From: Octopus bimaculoides
Lineage: Eukaryota
Length of the DNA stretch: 32,920 bases
Direction: 5' to 3'
NCBI RefSeq assembly: GCF_001194135.2
Contig: NC_068985.1
Location: 111,436,487 to 111,469,406 of the forward strand
Positions 11,029 to 22,714 of this stretch are shown here, one piece after another (position 1 is the first letter of the stretch; the number at the start of each line of letters is the position of its first letter). The position numbers and the translations under genes were made by a program. The notes under the pieces were generated by a model. It did no database searches and was not told where the DNA came from. It saw only the letters and a list, made by a program, of their open reading frames with translations.

Positions 11029-11400
11029 GCGTGGCTGTGTGGTAAGAAGCTTGCTTCCCAACTACATGGTTCCGGGTTCAGTCCAACTGCGAGACATGTT
11101 GGGCGAGAGTCATCTACTATAACCTTGTGAGTAGGTTTGGTTGTGGGGAAACTGAAAGAAGCTCGGTGTATATATTTATATATATGTGTGTGTGTGTGCG
11201 TTTGTCTCCCACCACCGCTTGACAACTGGTTTTGGTGTGTTCACGTTCCGTAAACTAGCGGTTCGGCAAAACAGACCGATAGAATGTGTACCAGGCTAAG
11301 GAAAACATAATTAGTGCTGTCTATTATTCCGACTAAAAATTCTACAAGCAGGTGCCCCAGCATGGCCGCATTGTAATGAATGAAACAAAAGACAGAAGAT
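11029..11400 (+). mobile_element. SINE family A, full length
   Basis: GCGTGGCTGTGTGGTAAGAAGCTTGCTTCCCAAC head; CAGCATGGCCGCA tail. Confidence 0.85.
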
Positions 11401-11427
11401 CTATCTATCTATATATATATATATAAA

Positions 11428-11459
<32 letters not shown>

Positions 11460-11890
11460 TTACACACACACACACGTATATTAAACATATGAATATATGC
11501 ATTCAGATAATAAATATGTTCAATACAAATGTTTTTGGATTGGTGTCAACTGAAAGTTTCAGACTTGACGAAATTTAGAATATTACTTTGATTTTTCGGG
11601 TGAGGTAATGAGATATAATAACTGCCAGGTGTTCGGATACCGTTTATTGTTGATTATAAATCACATAACCATTTGCAGACCCTGTCTTTGTATTGGAAAG
11701 CGTTTTTATTGTTATTTAATAGAATGCTTGGTAGCAGGACCTACGAGAACGCTAACGTGTTGATACACCGTTCTCGGATGCGAGAAGTATCTGGGATCTC
11801 AGAAAGTGTTTACATGTATTTCGAGAGACTAGCAGTCGTACATTTTAGGGAGAAGGAGAGGGGCGACATTGTATTCCCTAATAAAAATCC

Positions 11891-12018
11891 GCTTTTTAAC
11901 TACGTGGTTATGGGTTCAGGCCCACTGCGTGACACATTGGGCAAATTCTTTCTATAGCCTCGGGCCGACCAAAACCCTGTGAATGGATTTGACAGACGGA
12001 AAATGAAAGAAGCCCGTC

Positions 12019-12066
<48 letters not shown>

Positions 12067-12576
12067 NNNNNNNNNNNNNNNNNNNNNNNNNNNNNNNNNN
12101 NNNNNNNNNNNNNNNNNNNNNNNNNNNNNNNNNNNNNNNNNNNNNNNNNNNNNNNNNNNNNNNNNNNNNNNNNNNNNNNNNNNNNNNNNNNNNNNNNNNN
12201 NNNNNNNNNNNNNNNNNNNNNNNNNNNNNNNNNNNNNNNNNNNNNNNNNNNNNNNNNNNNNNNNNNNNNNNNNNNNNNNNNNNNNNNNNNNNNNNNNNNN
12301 NNNNNNNNNNNNNNNNNNNNNNNNNNNNNNNNNNNNNNNNNNNNNNNNNNNNNNNNNNNNNNNNNNNNNNNNNNNNNNNNNNNNNNNNNNNNNNNNNNNN
12401 NNNNNNNNNNNNNNNNNNNNNNNNNNNNNNNNNNNNNNNNNNNNNNNNNNNNNNNNNNNNNNNNNNNNNNNNNNNNNNNNNNNNNNNNNNNNNNNNNNNN
12501 NNNNNNNNGGTCCTAGTATCGATTCATTCGATTAAAAGTTCTTCAAGGCAATGTTCCAGCATGGCCGCAGTCTAAT
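11891..12576 (+). mobile_element. SINE family A spanning an assembly gap in its internal microsatellite
   Basis: 5' half before the gap, tail CCAGCATGGCCGCAGTC after it. Confidence 0.75.
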
Positions 12577-12591
12577 ATAAAAGTTTATATA

Positions 12592-12633
<42 letters not shown>

Positions 12634-12678
12634 TCTAGGTCTCTCTAAAGGAGACTACAGAAGCGGTACTGCATATTG

Positions 12679-13027
12679 TTATCGCCAAGCTAACATGGCA
12701 GTCCAGAAAAATAAGACGAATGCTGCCGTTAATTCGCTCCAAGAGGCCATCGCCTCTTGATAGCTATGTAACACACGAACCTGTGTCCATTATAACCTTC
12801 GAACAGGGAGACGGTTAGTAGCGACGTCTGCTGGGTTCGGCTGCTCTACATTGATAGTCTGTAGATGTCAGACCAGCAAGGGGAAGCGGCTGACATCCCA
12901 TGTTCGAAGGTTATAATGGACACAGGTTCGTGTGTCACATAGCTAGCTAGAGGCGATGGCCTCTTGGAGCTAATCAACGGCAGCATTCGTCCTATTTTTC
13001 TGGACAGTCATGTTAGCTTGGCGATAA
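12679..13027. mobile_element. Foldback/MITE-like element with 127-bp inverted arms
   Basis: 12679-12805 is the reverse complement of 12901-13027 with only a handful of mismatches. Confidence 0.8.
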
Positions 13028-13031
13028 GTAT

Positions 13032-13246
13032 TGGTGTGGCTGTGTGGTAAGTAGCTTGCTTACCAACCACATGGTTCCGGGTTCAGTTCCACTGCGTGGC
13101 ACCTTGGGCAAGTGTCTTCTACTATAGCCTCGGGCCGACCAAAGCCTTGTGAGTGCATTTGGTAGATGGAAACTGAAAGAAGCCCGTCATATATATGTAT
13201 ATATATACATATATATATGTGTGTGTGTGTGTGTGTGTTTGTGTTT
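13032..13246 (+). mobile_element. SINE family A 5' half (young-looking), runs into a gap
   Basis: Close match to the head and CORE-like segment of other A copies. Confidence 0.9.
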
Positions 13247-13953
13247 NNNNNNNNNNNNNNNNNNNNNNNNNNNNNNNNNNNNNNNNNNNNNNNNNNNNNN
13301 NNNNNNNNNNNNNNNNNNNNNNNNNNNNNNNNNNNNNNNNNNNNNNNNNNNNNNNNNNNNNNNNNNNNNNNNNNNNNNNNNNNNNNNNNNNNNNNNNNNN
13401 NNNNNNNNNNNNNNNNNNNNNNNNNNNNNNNNNNNNNNNNNNNNNNNNNNNNNNNNNNNNNNNNNNNNNNNNNNNNNNNNNNNNNNNNNNNNNNNNNNNN
13501 NNNNNNNNNNNNNNNNNNNNNNNNNNNNNNNNNNNNNNNNNNNNNNNNNNNNNNNNNNNNNNNNNNNNNNNNNNNNNNNNNNNNNNNNNNNNNNNNNNNN
13601 NNNNNNNNNNNNNNNNNNNNNNNNNNNNNNNNNNNNNNNNNNNNNNNNNNNNNNNNNNNNNNNNNNNNNNNNNNNNNNNNNNNNNNNNNNNCACCACCTT
13701 ATCCATCTTCTAAAGTTTCTGTCACTTGCTTTGTATTAAATAACAATAACGTTGTCTGTTACAAACACTGACCCGCATATGATTGTATGATTTATAATCA
13801 GCAATAAAAGGTACCCCAACACCTGGCCATTATTTATTATATCTCTTCGCCCCACCTGAAAAGATCAAAGGAAAATTCTAAATTTCGACAAATTGAAAAC
13901 TTAAAATATATAACTACCCAATCAAAAATTGTATTTGTATTATTTTTGTTTTT

Positions 13954-14334
13954 TTATTCTTTTACTTGTTTCAGTCATTTGACTGCGGCTATGCTGGAGC
14001 ACCACTTTAAGGGATTTTCGTCGAACAAATCGTCATCAGGACTTATTCTTTGTAAGTCTAGTACTTATTCTATCGGTTTCTTTTGCAGAACGGCTAAGTT
14101 ACGGGGACGTTAATACACAGACATCGGTTGTCAAGCGATTGGACAAACAGACGCAAACACACAATACACATACACACATGTAGGTTTCATTTCAGTTTCC
14201 TTCTACCAAATCTACTCACAATGCTTTGGTCGGTCCGAGGCTAGAATAGAAGACATTTATCCACGGTGCCCATGCAGTGGGACTGAACCTGGAACCATGT
14301 GGTTGGGAAGCAAGCTTGTTAACACACAGTCACG
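13954..14334 (-). mobile_element. SINE family A, full length
   Basis: Tail-to-head homology with other A copies. Confidence 0.88.
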
Positions 14335-14370
14335 TGTATATGAATGTAGCTAAATATGTAGATGTATGTT

Positions 14371-14423
<53 letters not shown>

Positions 14424-14514
14424 CACACACACACGTGTCTGTGTACAGATGTGTGTGCGTCGATATAGGCCTATGAGATGTGCAAATAATCAGATTTTAA
14501 CCAGACCCTTAATT

Positions 14515-14829
14515 CACGTAGTGGTTAGGGCATTCCGCTCGCGATCGCAAGGTCGTGAGTTCAATTCCTGGTGACGCGTTGTGTCCTTGAGCAAGACAAT
14601 TTATTTCACGTTGCTTCAGGCCACAACTTTCTGACAAAAATGAGTAGTAATTGTAATTCAAAGGGCCAGCCTTGTTACATTCCGTGTCATGCTGAATCTC
14701 CCTGAGAACTACGTTAAAGGTACACGTGTCTGTGGAGTACTCAGCCACTTGCACATGAATTTTACGAGCAGGCTGTTTCGTTGATCGGATTAACTGGAAT
14801 TCTCGTCGTCGTAACCGACGGAGTGACAA
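14515..14829 (+). mobile_element. SINE family D (tRNA-like head, CORE-like segment, 3' part shared with family C)
   Basis: GTAGTGGTTAGG..GTTCAATTCC; GTTGTGTCCTTGAGCAAGAC; CAAAGGGCCAGCCTTGT..GACGGAGTG tail. Confidence 0.8.
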
Positions 14830-14889
14830 TTTCGTAGGCCCTTAAAGTATATATTTTTCTTATGTAAAAGAGTTATATTTGCTTCAAAT

Positions 14890-15206
14890 TAAGGTACAAG
14901 CCCAACAATTTGGGGAGGGTGGTACGTAAGTTTATCGGTACTACTTAAACACAGAGGTCCCGACGCATCTACGTAATTCTAACCCTAAAACTAACCCCAG
15001 ACCCTAACACTAACCCTAAACCCGAACGAGTGTGCACTGTAAAAACATCGTCACGTCGATGTGTTGGGACCTCTTTGCTAGTTGATTACATCGACCTAAG
15101 TACTCAAATGATTCTTATATTATTGACCCTGAAAGGATAAATGCTAAAGCGGGCCGGGACTGAATTTGAACTCAGAACGTAAAGACGGACGAAATGCCTC
15201 CAAGCG
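14890..15206 (-). mobile_element. SINE family B interrupted by a CCCTAA-MITE
   Basis: B tail before 14930; B body resumes at ~15077 (GCTAGTTGATTACATCGAC). Confidence 0.7.
14937..15075. mobile_element. MITE, same family as 8989-9140; right TIR truncated
   Basis: GGTACTACTTAAACACAGAGGTCCC..(CCCTAA-like)n..TGTGCACTGTAAAAACAT..GGGACCTCT. Confidence 0.8.
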
Positions 15207-15491
15207 TTTTATTTTCCTTGTAAAACTTTAATATTCACACCCAAAAGTAGCTTTGTTCCTCTTTGCTACAATACATCTTCGATTCTCTGATTGGTTAATA
15301 TTACTCGTGAAAAAACGGTTAGCACAGTTCCACGTTATGATTGGTTTTCTTTCTCTTACGTTCTGAGTTCAAATCGCAGCCGTGTCGATGAAGTATATGA
15401 AACATGCGTCAAGATATGGTGGGGGTTGTTCATGAGGCAAAAATGGTAATTCTGCATATCAGGGAACCATAAACATATATATAAAATCTTT

Positions 15492-16235
15492 TGTTTGTTG
15501 CTGTCATTAGACTACGGCCATACTGGGGCACAGCCTTGAAGAATTCTAGTCGGACGAATCGATCCCTGTAATTTTTTTAAACTTTGGTACTTATTTTGTC
15601 GTTGTTTATCCGAACCGCTAACTTACAGGAAAGTAAACATACCAGCACCGGTTATCAATTGGTGTTGGGAAACACACACAGACATACGCACATAGACACA
15701 TACATACACACATAGACACACATACATACACACATAGACATACATACATACATATATAGTCACACATACATACACACATAGACACACATACATACACACA
15801 TAGACACACATACATACACACATAGACACACATACATACACACATAGACACACATACATACACACATAGACACACACANNNNNNNNNNNNNNNNNNNNNN
15901 NNNNNNNNNNNNNNNNNNNNNNNNNNNNNNNNNNNNNNNNNNNNNNNNNNNNNNNNNNNNNNNNNNNNNNNNNNNNNNNNNNNNNNNNNNNNNNNNNACA
16001 CACATACATACACACATACATACACACATACATACACACATACATACACACATACATACACACATACATACACACATACATACACACATAGACACACACA
16101 TACATACACACATAGACACACACATACATACACACATAGACATACACACATAGACACACAGTCACACATACACACACATACTACATACACACATATACAT
16201 ACACAGATATAGATGTGTGTGTGTGTGTGTGTGTG
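15492..16235 (-). mobile_element. SINE family A tail plus expanded (ACACATAC/ACACATAGAC) minisatellite
   Basis: A tail at 15492-15675 followed by a compound repeat crossing a gap. Confidence 0.7.
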
Positions 16236-16750
16236 ACTACTACATTGAACAATGCGTCCTTTTCTCCTTTTCTTTTAAGACGATAGATCTGCTAGGATTT
16301 AGCGAAACAGGTTCAACGACCGCATCCAGGCTCAATCGCCAAGCATTCTGATACGTTGTGTCTGTGTGTGCGATACAGGTCCCATTTCCGTTCACTGTAG
16401 TATTATGTTTTTTCTATCTCATTTTATCTAAACTCCTAATGTTAAAACCATAGAAAAAGCTTTGAAATTCTCAACAAGCTTTTCTCTTCTCTCCAATTAA
16501 GATAAAAGTTCTGCGTTTATACTAAATCAAACGCAACTAAATTTTTGTTTCCATTTCTTTGTTTTTGTTGTTGTGGCCCTCCAGATCAATCCTGATCAAG
16601 CAGATAGATCTATGATCCAACCGTGACTGTCCTGTTTTGTCTTCTTCATAATGTATTTAGAACATTATCCGACGTTTCCCCTTCAGGTTATCTCTTATTT
16701 AAAAAAAAATAGTGTCGTTTGAGGGACATTTGATTGCTATTTCTGAGAGA

Positions 16751-16858
16751 TCGGTCGTGCGATCTATAGTAGAAGATACCCGCCCGAAGTTCTACGCCGA
16801 GGAACTGAACCTGGAACCATGTAATTGGAAAGCAAACTGCTTACCACACAGCCGCACC
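16751..16858 (-). mobile_element. SINE family A head fragment
   Basis: CTATAGTAGAAGA..GAACCTGGAACCATGT..CTTACCACACAGCC. Confidence 0.75.
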
Positions 16859-17146
16859 AGCACATATGCATATTCTTAAATGATATTTTGTAGAGAGATA
16901 GGATTTCAGGAATGTTGATTACGTAATGTTGAGGTTTCTGGAGCAAAAAAAAACAACAAAACAAAGCAAAAAGAAGTGGGGATGCTTGAGCTAGAGAAAT
17001 TAGCCATAACAAAGTCGGGGCGATGAAACGAAGAACGATCCGAAATTGTTCCAAAATATTTTTCCTCCAAATTTCATTAACACTATCATAATCTACGGCT
17101 TCTGTGAAATTTCCTTGAAAAATAGACATTTTTTTGTTTTTTAGAA

Positions 17147-17209
17147 AATTACGAGGAAGTAAACACACCAGCATCGGTTGTCAAGCGATGCTGGGGGGAC
17201 AAACACTCA

Positions 17210-17278
<69 letters not shown>

Positions 17279-17654
17279 GTATATATATATATATATAAAC
17301 AATATATGAGTATATGCATATATATGTACATGTATGTATATACGTTCATCTACATGTACATATAGATACATAACTGGGTACATGACGTGGCAAAAGAACA
17401 AGGACAAAATGGTAAACAAGGTGCAACAAACAAGCAGGCCACATAGAAACATCCCCTTCATTAGCTGCCACCATTAAGACTCCGGCGTTTCGGCGCTTCT
17501 TTCAGTTTCCGTCTACCAAATCCACTCACAAGGCTTTGGTCAGCCCGATGCTATAGTAGAAGACTCTTGCCCAAGGTGCCACGCAGTGGGACTGAACCCG
17601 GAATCATGTGGTTGGTAATGCAAACTACTTACCACACATCCACTCCTGCGCCTA
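17147..17654 (-). mobile_element. SINE family A with a ~125-bp foreign insert (17371-17495) in its microsatellite
   Basis: A body at 17147-17215; A head at 17496-17654. Confidence 0.8.
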
Positions 17655-17847
17655 TAAAATGTTGACAACTGCTATGAGTTGCTATGAGAATGGTAACAAA
17701 CTAAAAATAAAAGCAAAAGAAACAGTAAATATGTCTATTTGATTTCGATTAATTCCCTGTCCAAGCATCGTGTGGAGATCGAAATGATAGTGGATAGTAA
17801 ACTTCTAGATCTTGTGTTCAAATCCCAATGTTTGTGTATTGATACAT

Positions 17848-18234
17848 GTGGAGGCGCAATGGCCCAGCGGTTAGGGCAGCGGACTCGTGGTCATAGGATT
17901 GCGGTTTCGATTCCCAGACCGGGCGTTGTGAATGTTTATTGAACGAAAGCACCTAAAGCTCCACGAGGCTCCGACAGGGGGTGGTAGCGAACCCTGTGGT
18001 ACTCTTCCACCACAACTTTCTCTCACTCTTACTTCCTGTTTTTGTTGTGCCTGTAATTCAAAGGGCCAGCCTTGTCACACTTCTGTGTCACGCTGAATAT
18101 CCCCAGAGAACTACGTTAAGAGTACACGTTGTCTGTGGAGAGCTCAGCCACTTGCACGTTAATTTCACGAACAGGCTGTTCCGTTGATCGGATCAACTGG
18201 AACCCTCGATGTCGTAAGCGACGGAGTGCCAACA
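17848..18234 (+). mobile_element. SINE family C (tRNA-Arg-like head), near full length, TSD-like GATACAT
   Basis: Closely similar to 29071-29448; TGGCCCAGCGG A-box, GTTTCGATTCC B-box; GATACAT at 17841-17847 and 18237-18243. Confidence 0.88.
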
Positions 18235-18426
18235 TGGATACATATTGCATGTGTGTGTGTAGCTATGTCCATGTGCCTTTGTTATTGCTTGCGCGTTTAA
18301 GTCTGTATTGTGTCTTTATGTTCGTTTTCTGTATATTCGTGATTTACCAGGCGGTTTTATCAGGAGCTCTGTGTTGGAGTCGTTCCTGCTGCATCGCTTT
18401 GTTGCTGTTGTCAGTATTATGGTTGT

Positions 18427-18716
18427 TAAGGTGGCCGGCTGGCAGAATCGATAGCACGCCGGGCGAAATGCTTAGCGGTATTTCGTCTGCCGCTACATTC
18501 TGAGTTCAAATTCCGCCGAGGTCGACTTTGCCTTTCATTCTCGCGGGGGTCGTTAAATTAAGTACCAGTTACACACTGGGGTCGATATAATCGACTTACC
18601 CCTCCCACAAATTTCCGCCCTTGTGCCTATAGTAGAAAGGATTATCATTATTATTATTATTATTATTATTATTAGCATTATTAAGGCGGCGAGCTTGCAG
18701 AAACGTTAGAACGCTG
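18427..18716 (+). mobile_element. SINE family B full copy, (ATT)n tail, then a second B head (18682-18716)
   Basis: Junction ...ATTAGCATTATTAAGGCGGCGAGCTTGCAG. Confidence 0.88.
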
Positions 18717-18975
18717 TGTACTGTTTGTTACAAACTGATCAGCGCCATGAAAATGTTACTATGAGCTGTGATTATTTGCTTCTAAATAGAACGTTATCAC
18801 TGAAAGCCAAAGCACTTGCTCACTCCGATATAGAAACATCAGCCTCTGTGTGTGAGTAATTTTAAAAGTATAATGGTTTTAGCTGTGTACTAATTCCCAT
18901 ACGCCGGACAGTGTTATGGAATTGGTATCGAAGCTATGGAGTAGTTGTGATTTTGCGCTTTTGTAATAGAATGGT

Positions 18976-19384
18976 ATTATCCTTTCTAGCATGAGCACAA
19001 GGCCTGAAACTTTATGGGAGGGGCGCAAATTGATTACGTCGAACCCAATGCTCTACTAGCACATATTTTATTGACCCTGAAGGGATGAAAGGCATTGATC
19101 ACCTCGGCGGAATTTGAACTCATACCATAAAGACAAACGAAATGCCGCTAAACATTTTGTCGGGCGTGCTAACGATTCTGCCAGCTCGCCACCTTATAGA
19201 ATGGTATTACCGGTTTTAAACTTTGGCACTCCAGTGTTCAATTGGTTCTTATTTCTTCAACTCCAGAACGATGAAAGGCAAGAATCGTCCGTGACGAAAT
19301 TTGAACTCAGACCATAAAAACGGACGAAATTCCGCGAAGCATTTTGTCCGACGCGCTTACCGATTCTGCCAGCTCGCCGCCTAA
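18976..19384 (-). mobile_element. Two tandem SINE family B copies (18976-19196, ~19215-19384)
   Basis: Both end in GATTCTGCCAGCTCGCC(A/G)CCT. Confidence 0.82.
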
Positions 19385-19435
19385 TACAGCAGTAATATCG
19401 ATATTACAACATTACACGAGATTTCAAGGGTTTTC

Positions 19436-19746
19436 GAAGAAGCTCGCTTTGCAACTACGTGTTCTCAGGTTCAGTCCTACTGTGTGGCACCGTGGACAAG
19501 TGTCTTCTACCATAACCCGGGACTAAAGTAGACTAATGCTTTGTGTGTGAATTTGGTAGTCATAAACTGTATGGAAGCCCGTCCAGTGTGTGTGTGCTTG
19601 AGTTTGTGTTGCTTTACCGCTTTAAAACCAGTGATGGTTTGTTCACATCCCTGCGGCATTGAAGGTCGACAAAAGTGGTAACTAAAGTTCAAAGCTGTGT
19701 CCCGCCCTGGCTGCAGTCCAGTGAATGGAGCTAGTAATAGATATAA
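19436..19746 (+). mobile_element. SINE family A, old and diverged
   Basis: GGTTCAGTCCTACTGTGTGGCACCGTGGACAAGTGTCTTCTAC; tail CTGGCTGCAGTCCAGTGA. Confidence 0.7.
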
Positions 19747-20061
19747 AATATTTATCAGTCTTGATTATAGATCATATAGACACCTCATCGATTTTCCATC
19801 TGTTAGCATCATCCTGTTGCTAGCATCATCTTTTAATCAGCCATAATGTATTTAGAACAACGTTATCTTTTATATATACTTTAAATAGTATGTAGTTTTG
19901 AAATGTGTCTGCTATTTCTTGCAGGCTCTGTGACTGACCACATAGTGGTTCTCTTACTTCAGGGGTATTTAGTGAAATGATGTATGCATAATAGGCACTT
20001 TCAAAAATTGTGAAGGGACAATGTTCTGTTTGAAGCTGTTTAATGATTTTATTTTTACCTT

Positions 20062-20368
20062 CGTGGCTTAGTGGTTAGGGTACATGGCTCTCGATCTTAA
20101 GGTCGCAAGTTCGATTCCTGGCGGCGCGTTATGCCCTTGAGTTTTAAACTTTATTTCACGTTGCTCCAGCTGGCAAATCTGAGTTGTATCTGTATTTCAA
20201 AGGGCCAGCCTTGTCACATTCTGTGTCACGCTGGATCTCCTTGAGAACTGCTTTAAGGACACGCGTGTCTGTGGAGTGCTCTACCGCTCTCACATTAATT
20301 TCACGAGCAGGCTGTTCCGTTGATTGGATCAACTGGAACTCGCGTCATCGTGACCGACGGAATGCCAG
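20062..20368 (+). mobile_element. SINE family D
   Basis: Homologous to 14515-14829. Confidence 0.8.
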
Positions 20369-20397
20369 TTTAGTTTTGTAGAATACAAATGTAAAGA

Positions 20398-20635
20398 CAC
20401 GTGGCCTAGTGGTTATGGTGTTGCCTTGATCGCAAAATCGTGGTTTCGATTCCCAGACTGGCGGGACGTTGTGTTCTTCAGCAAAACGCTTCGTTTCACA
20501 TCGTTCCAATGCACTTAGTAGTATCAGTAACCCTGCAACGGACTGGCGTCCCGTTCAGAGATACTGTTGTGAGCTTAGTCACGTTGACACCAAACAAGGT
20601 AATCCACCCAATGAGCCTCAGGAAACGAGGCCTTA
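20398..20635 (+). mobile_element. tRNA-derived SINE family E
   Basis: GTGGCCTAGTGG, GTTTCGATTCC, CORE-like GTTGTGTTCTTCAGCAAAAC, then AACCCTGCAACGGACTGGCGTCCCGTTCAG. Confidence 0.6.
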
Positions 20636-20660
20636 ATTTTGTGTGTAGTGTGTGTGGTTA

Positions 20661-20880
20661 AGGCGTATGGCCCAGTGGTTAGTGCGTTGCACTTATAATT
20701 GCAGCATTGTGGTTTCGATTCCCGGACTGACGGAAACACTCCACTTGGCGTTGTTCCAGTTCAGGAGTGATGTCGTGTCTGTGTTTGTCCCCTCCCCCAT
20801 CACCGATTGACAACTGGTGTTCATGTAACCTAGCGGTTCCGCAAAAATAGCCGACAGAATAACTGGTAGGCTTTAAAAGG
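20661..20880 (+). mobile_element. SINE head (20661-20765) joined to a family A body fragment (20770-20880)
   Basis: TGGCCCAGTGGTTAG..GTTTCGATTCCC; then GTTTGTCCCC..TTGACAACTGGTG..TAGCGGTTC. Confidence 0.6.
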
Positions 20881-20895
20881 GCGCATTTTTACACA

Positions 20896-20931
<36 letters not shown>

Positions 20932-20993
20932 CATGTATATTTAAATATATATGTATCCTTTTATTAATATTTACGTGATTGACTCTCTCTTTC

Positions 20994-21110
20994 GTTCTTT
21001 CGGGGTCAATAGAATAAGTACCAGTTGAGTACTGGGGTCGATTTAATCGAATTCAACTCCTCCCACGAAATTGCTGGCTTTCTGCCAAAATTTGAAGCCA
21101 ATATTTAGCA
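20994..21110 (+). mobile_element. SINE family B 3' fragment
   Basis: TTTCGGGGTCAAT..AAGTACCAGTTGAGTACTGGGGTCGAT. Confidence 0.7.
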
Positions 21111-21546
21111 GAAGTAAGAGGGTGCCTCAGAGGTCGAAAGTTGTGTGTGTTCGTGTGTGCGTGTGTGTGTATATATACTTTGTCTGCTCATGGCGGGAAG
21201 CACGTGTTGGGGGCTTAAATCGAAGCAGGGTGCAGAGACGAAATGGTCGAGTGACACAGATATACTTTCCAAAATAGTACAGAGTTTCGGGAGGGAAAAG
21301 AACAAAGAAAATAAAGAAATGCACCGTTGGAACTTCTTACTGAATTGCACCTAAATCATTCCACTGAGGACACACACACACATACTCGCAACGCGCACAC
21401 ACGTACATTGTATCTTCTGCAATCGTATGGATTACGATAAAAGCAAATATTGGGATATGGCAGACGCTAATACTGGTGATGAGCTTTGACATTCCAGAGG
21501 TCAAATAGCTCTCACAAGGTCACTTAACAAAATTCTTTGACTTCAG

Positions 21547-21708
21547 TCTTTTACTTGTTTCGGTCATTAGGCAACGGCCATTCTGGGGCACCGCCATTAA
21601 GGATTTTTTAATCGAATGAATCGATTCCAGTACTTTTTTTAAAAGTATGGTACATATTTCACCGGTTTCTTTACCGAACCGCTAAGTTACATATATATAC
21701 ATATATAA

Positions 21709-21779
<71 letters not shown>

Positions 21780-21816
21780 TACATACATATATATATGTCT
21801 ACGTATTTATATATAT

Positions 21817-21854
<38 letters not shown>

Positions 21855-22504
21855 ACATATATATCCATATATATATATATACATACATACATATATATCC
21901 ATATACATATATATATATATATACATACATGTATATATCCATATACATATATATATATATATATACATACATGTATATATTCATATGTATACATATATAT
22001 ATACATCTTTATATATATACACATATATATATATATATATATACATCTTCATATATATACACATATATATATATATACATCTTTATATATATACACATAT
22101 ATATATATATACATCTTTATATATATACACATATATATACATCTTTATATATATACACATATATATATATACATATNNNNNNNNNNNNNNNNNNNNNNNN
22201 NNNNNNNNNNNNNNNNNNNNNNNNNNNNNNNNNNNNNNNNNNNNNNNNNNNNNNNNNNNNNNNNNNNNNNNNNNNNNNNNNNNNNNNNNNNNNNNNNNNN
22301 NNNNNNNNNNNNNNNNNNNNNNNNNNNNNNNNNNNNNNNNNNNNNNNNNNNNNNNNNNNNNNNNNNNNNNNNNNNNNNNNNNNNNNNNNNNNNNNNNNNN
22401 NNNNNNNNNNNNNNNNNNNNNNNNNNNNNNNNNNNNNNNNNNNNNNNNNNNNATATTGGAAGGTTTGGAGGTGATGTACAGAAATTATATTATAGAAAAA
22501 AAAA

Positions 22505-22539
<35 letters not shown>

Positions 22540-22714
22540 AACACACACCAAAGGACGAACTTTTTTTTTAGTTTCCGTATACCAAATCCACTCAGAAGGC
22601 TTTGGTCGGCCCGAGATTATAAAAGGAGAAGCTTGTCTAAGGTGCTGTACATTGATCTGAACCCAAGACCACATATGCATATCTTTAGGTAACAAGTTTC
22701 TTAACCACACAACT
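21547..22714 (-). mobile_element. SINE family A split by a large TA-rich microsatellite and a gap
   Basis: Tail at 21547-21690, head at 22555-22714, same orientation. Confidence 0.6.

Noticed and set aside
14000-14045. Minus-strand CTGATGA...CGAAAA resembling a hammerhead
   Set aside because: Lies within SINE A, stems I and III do not form, and it is absent from other A copies
21145-21354. ORF MAGSTCWGLKSKQ...
   Set aside because: Short, no recognisable homology or splice signals
21470-21540. GTGATGA box-C-like motif with an adjacent hairpin
   Set aside because: No box D (CTGA) or terminal stem, so no snoRNA support
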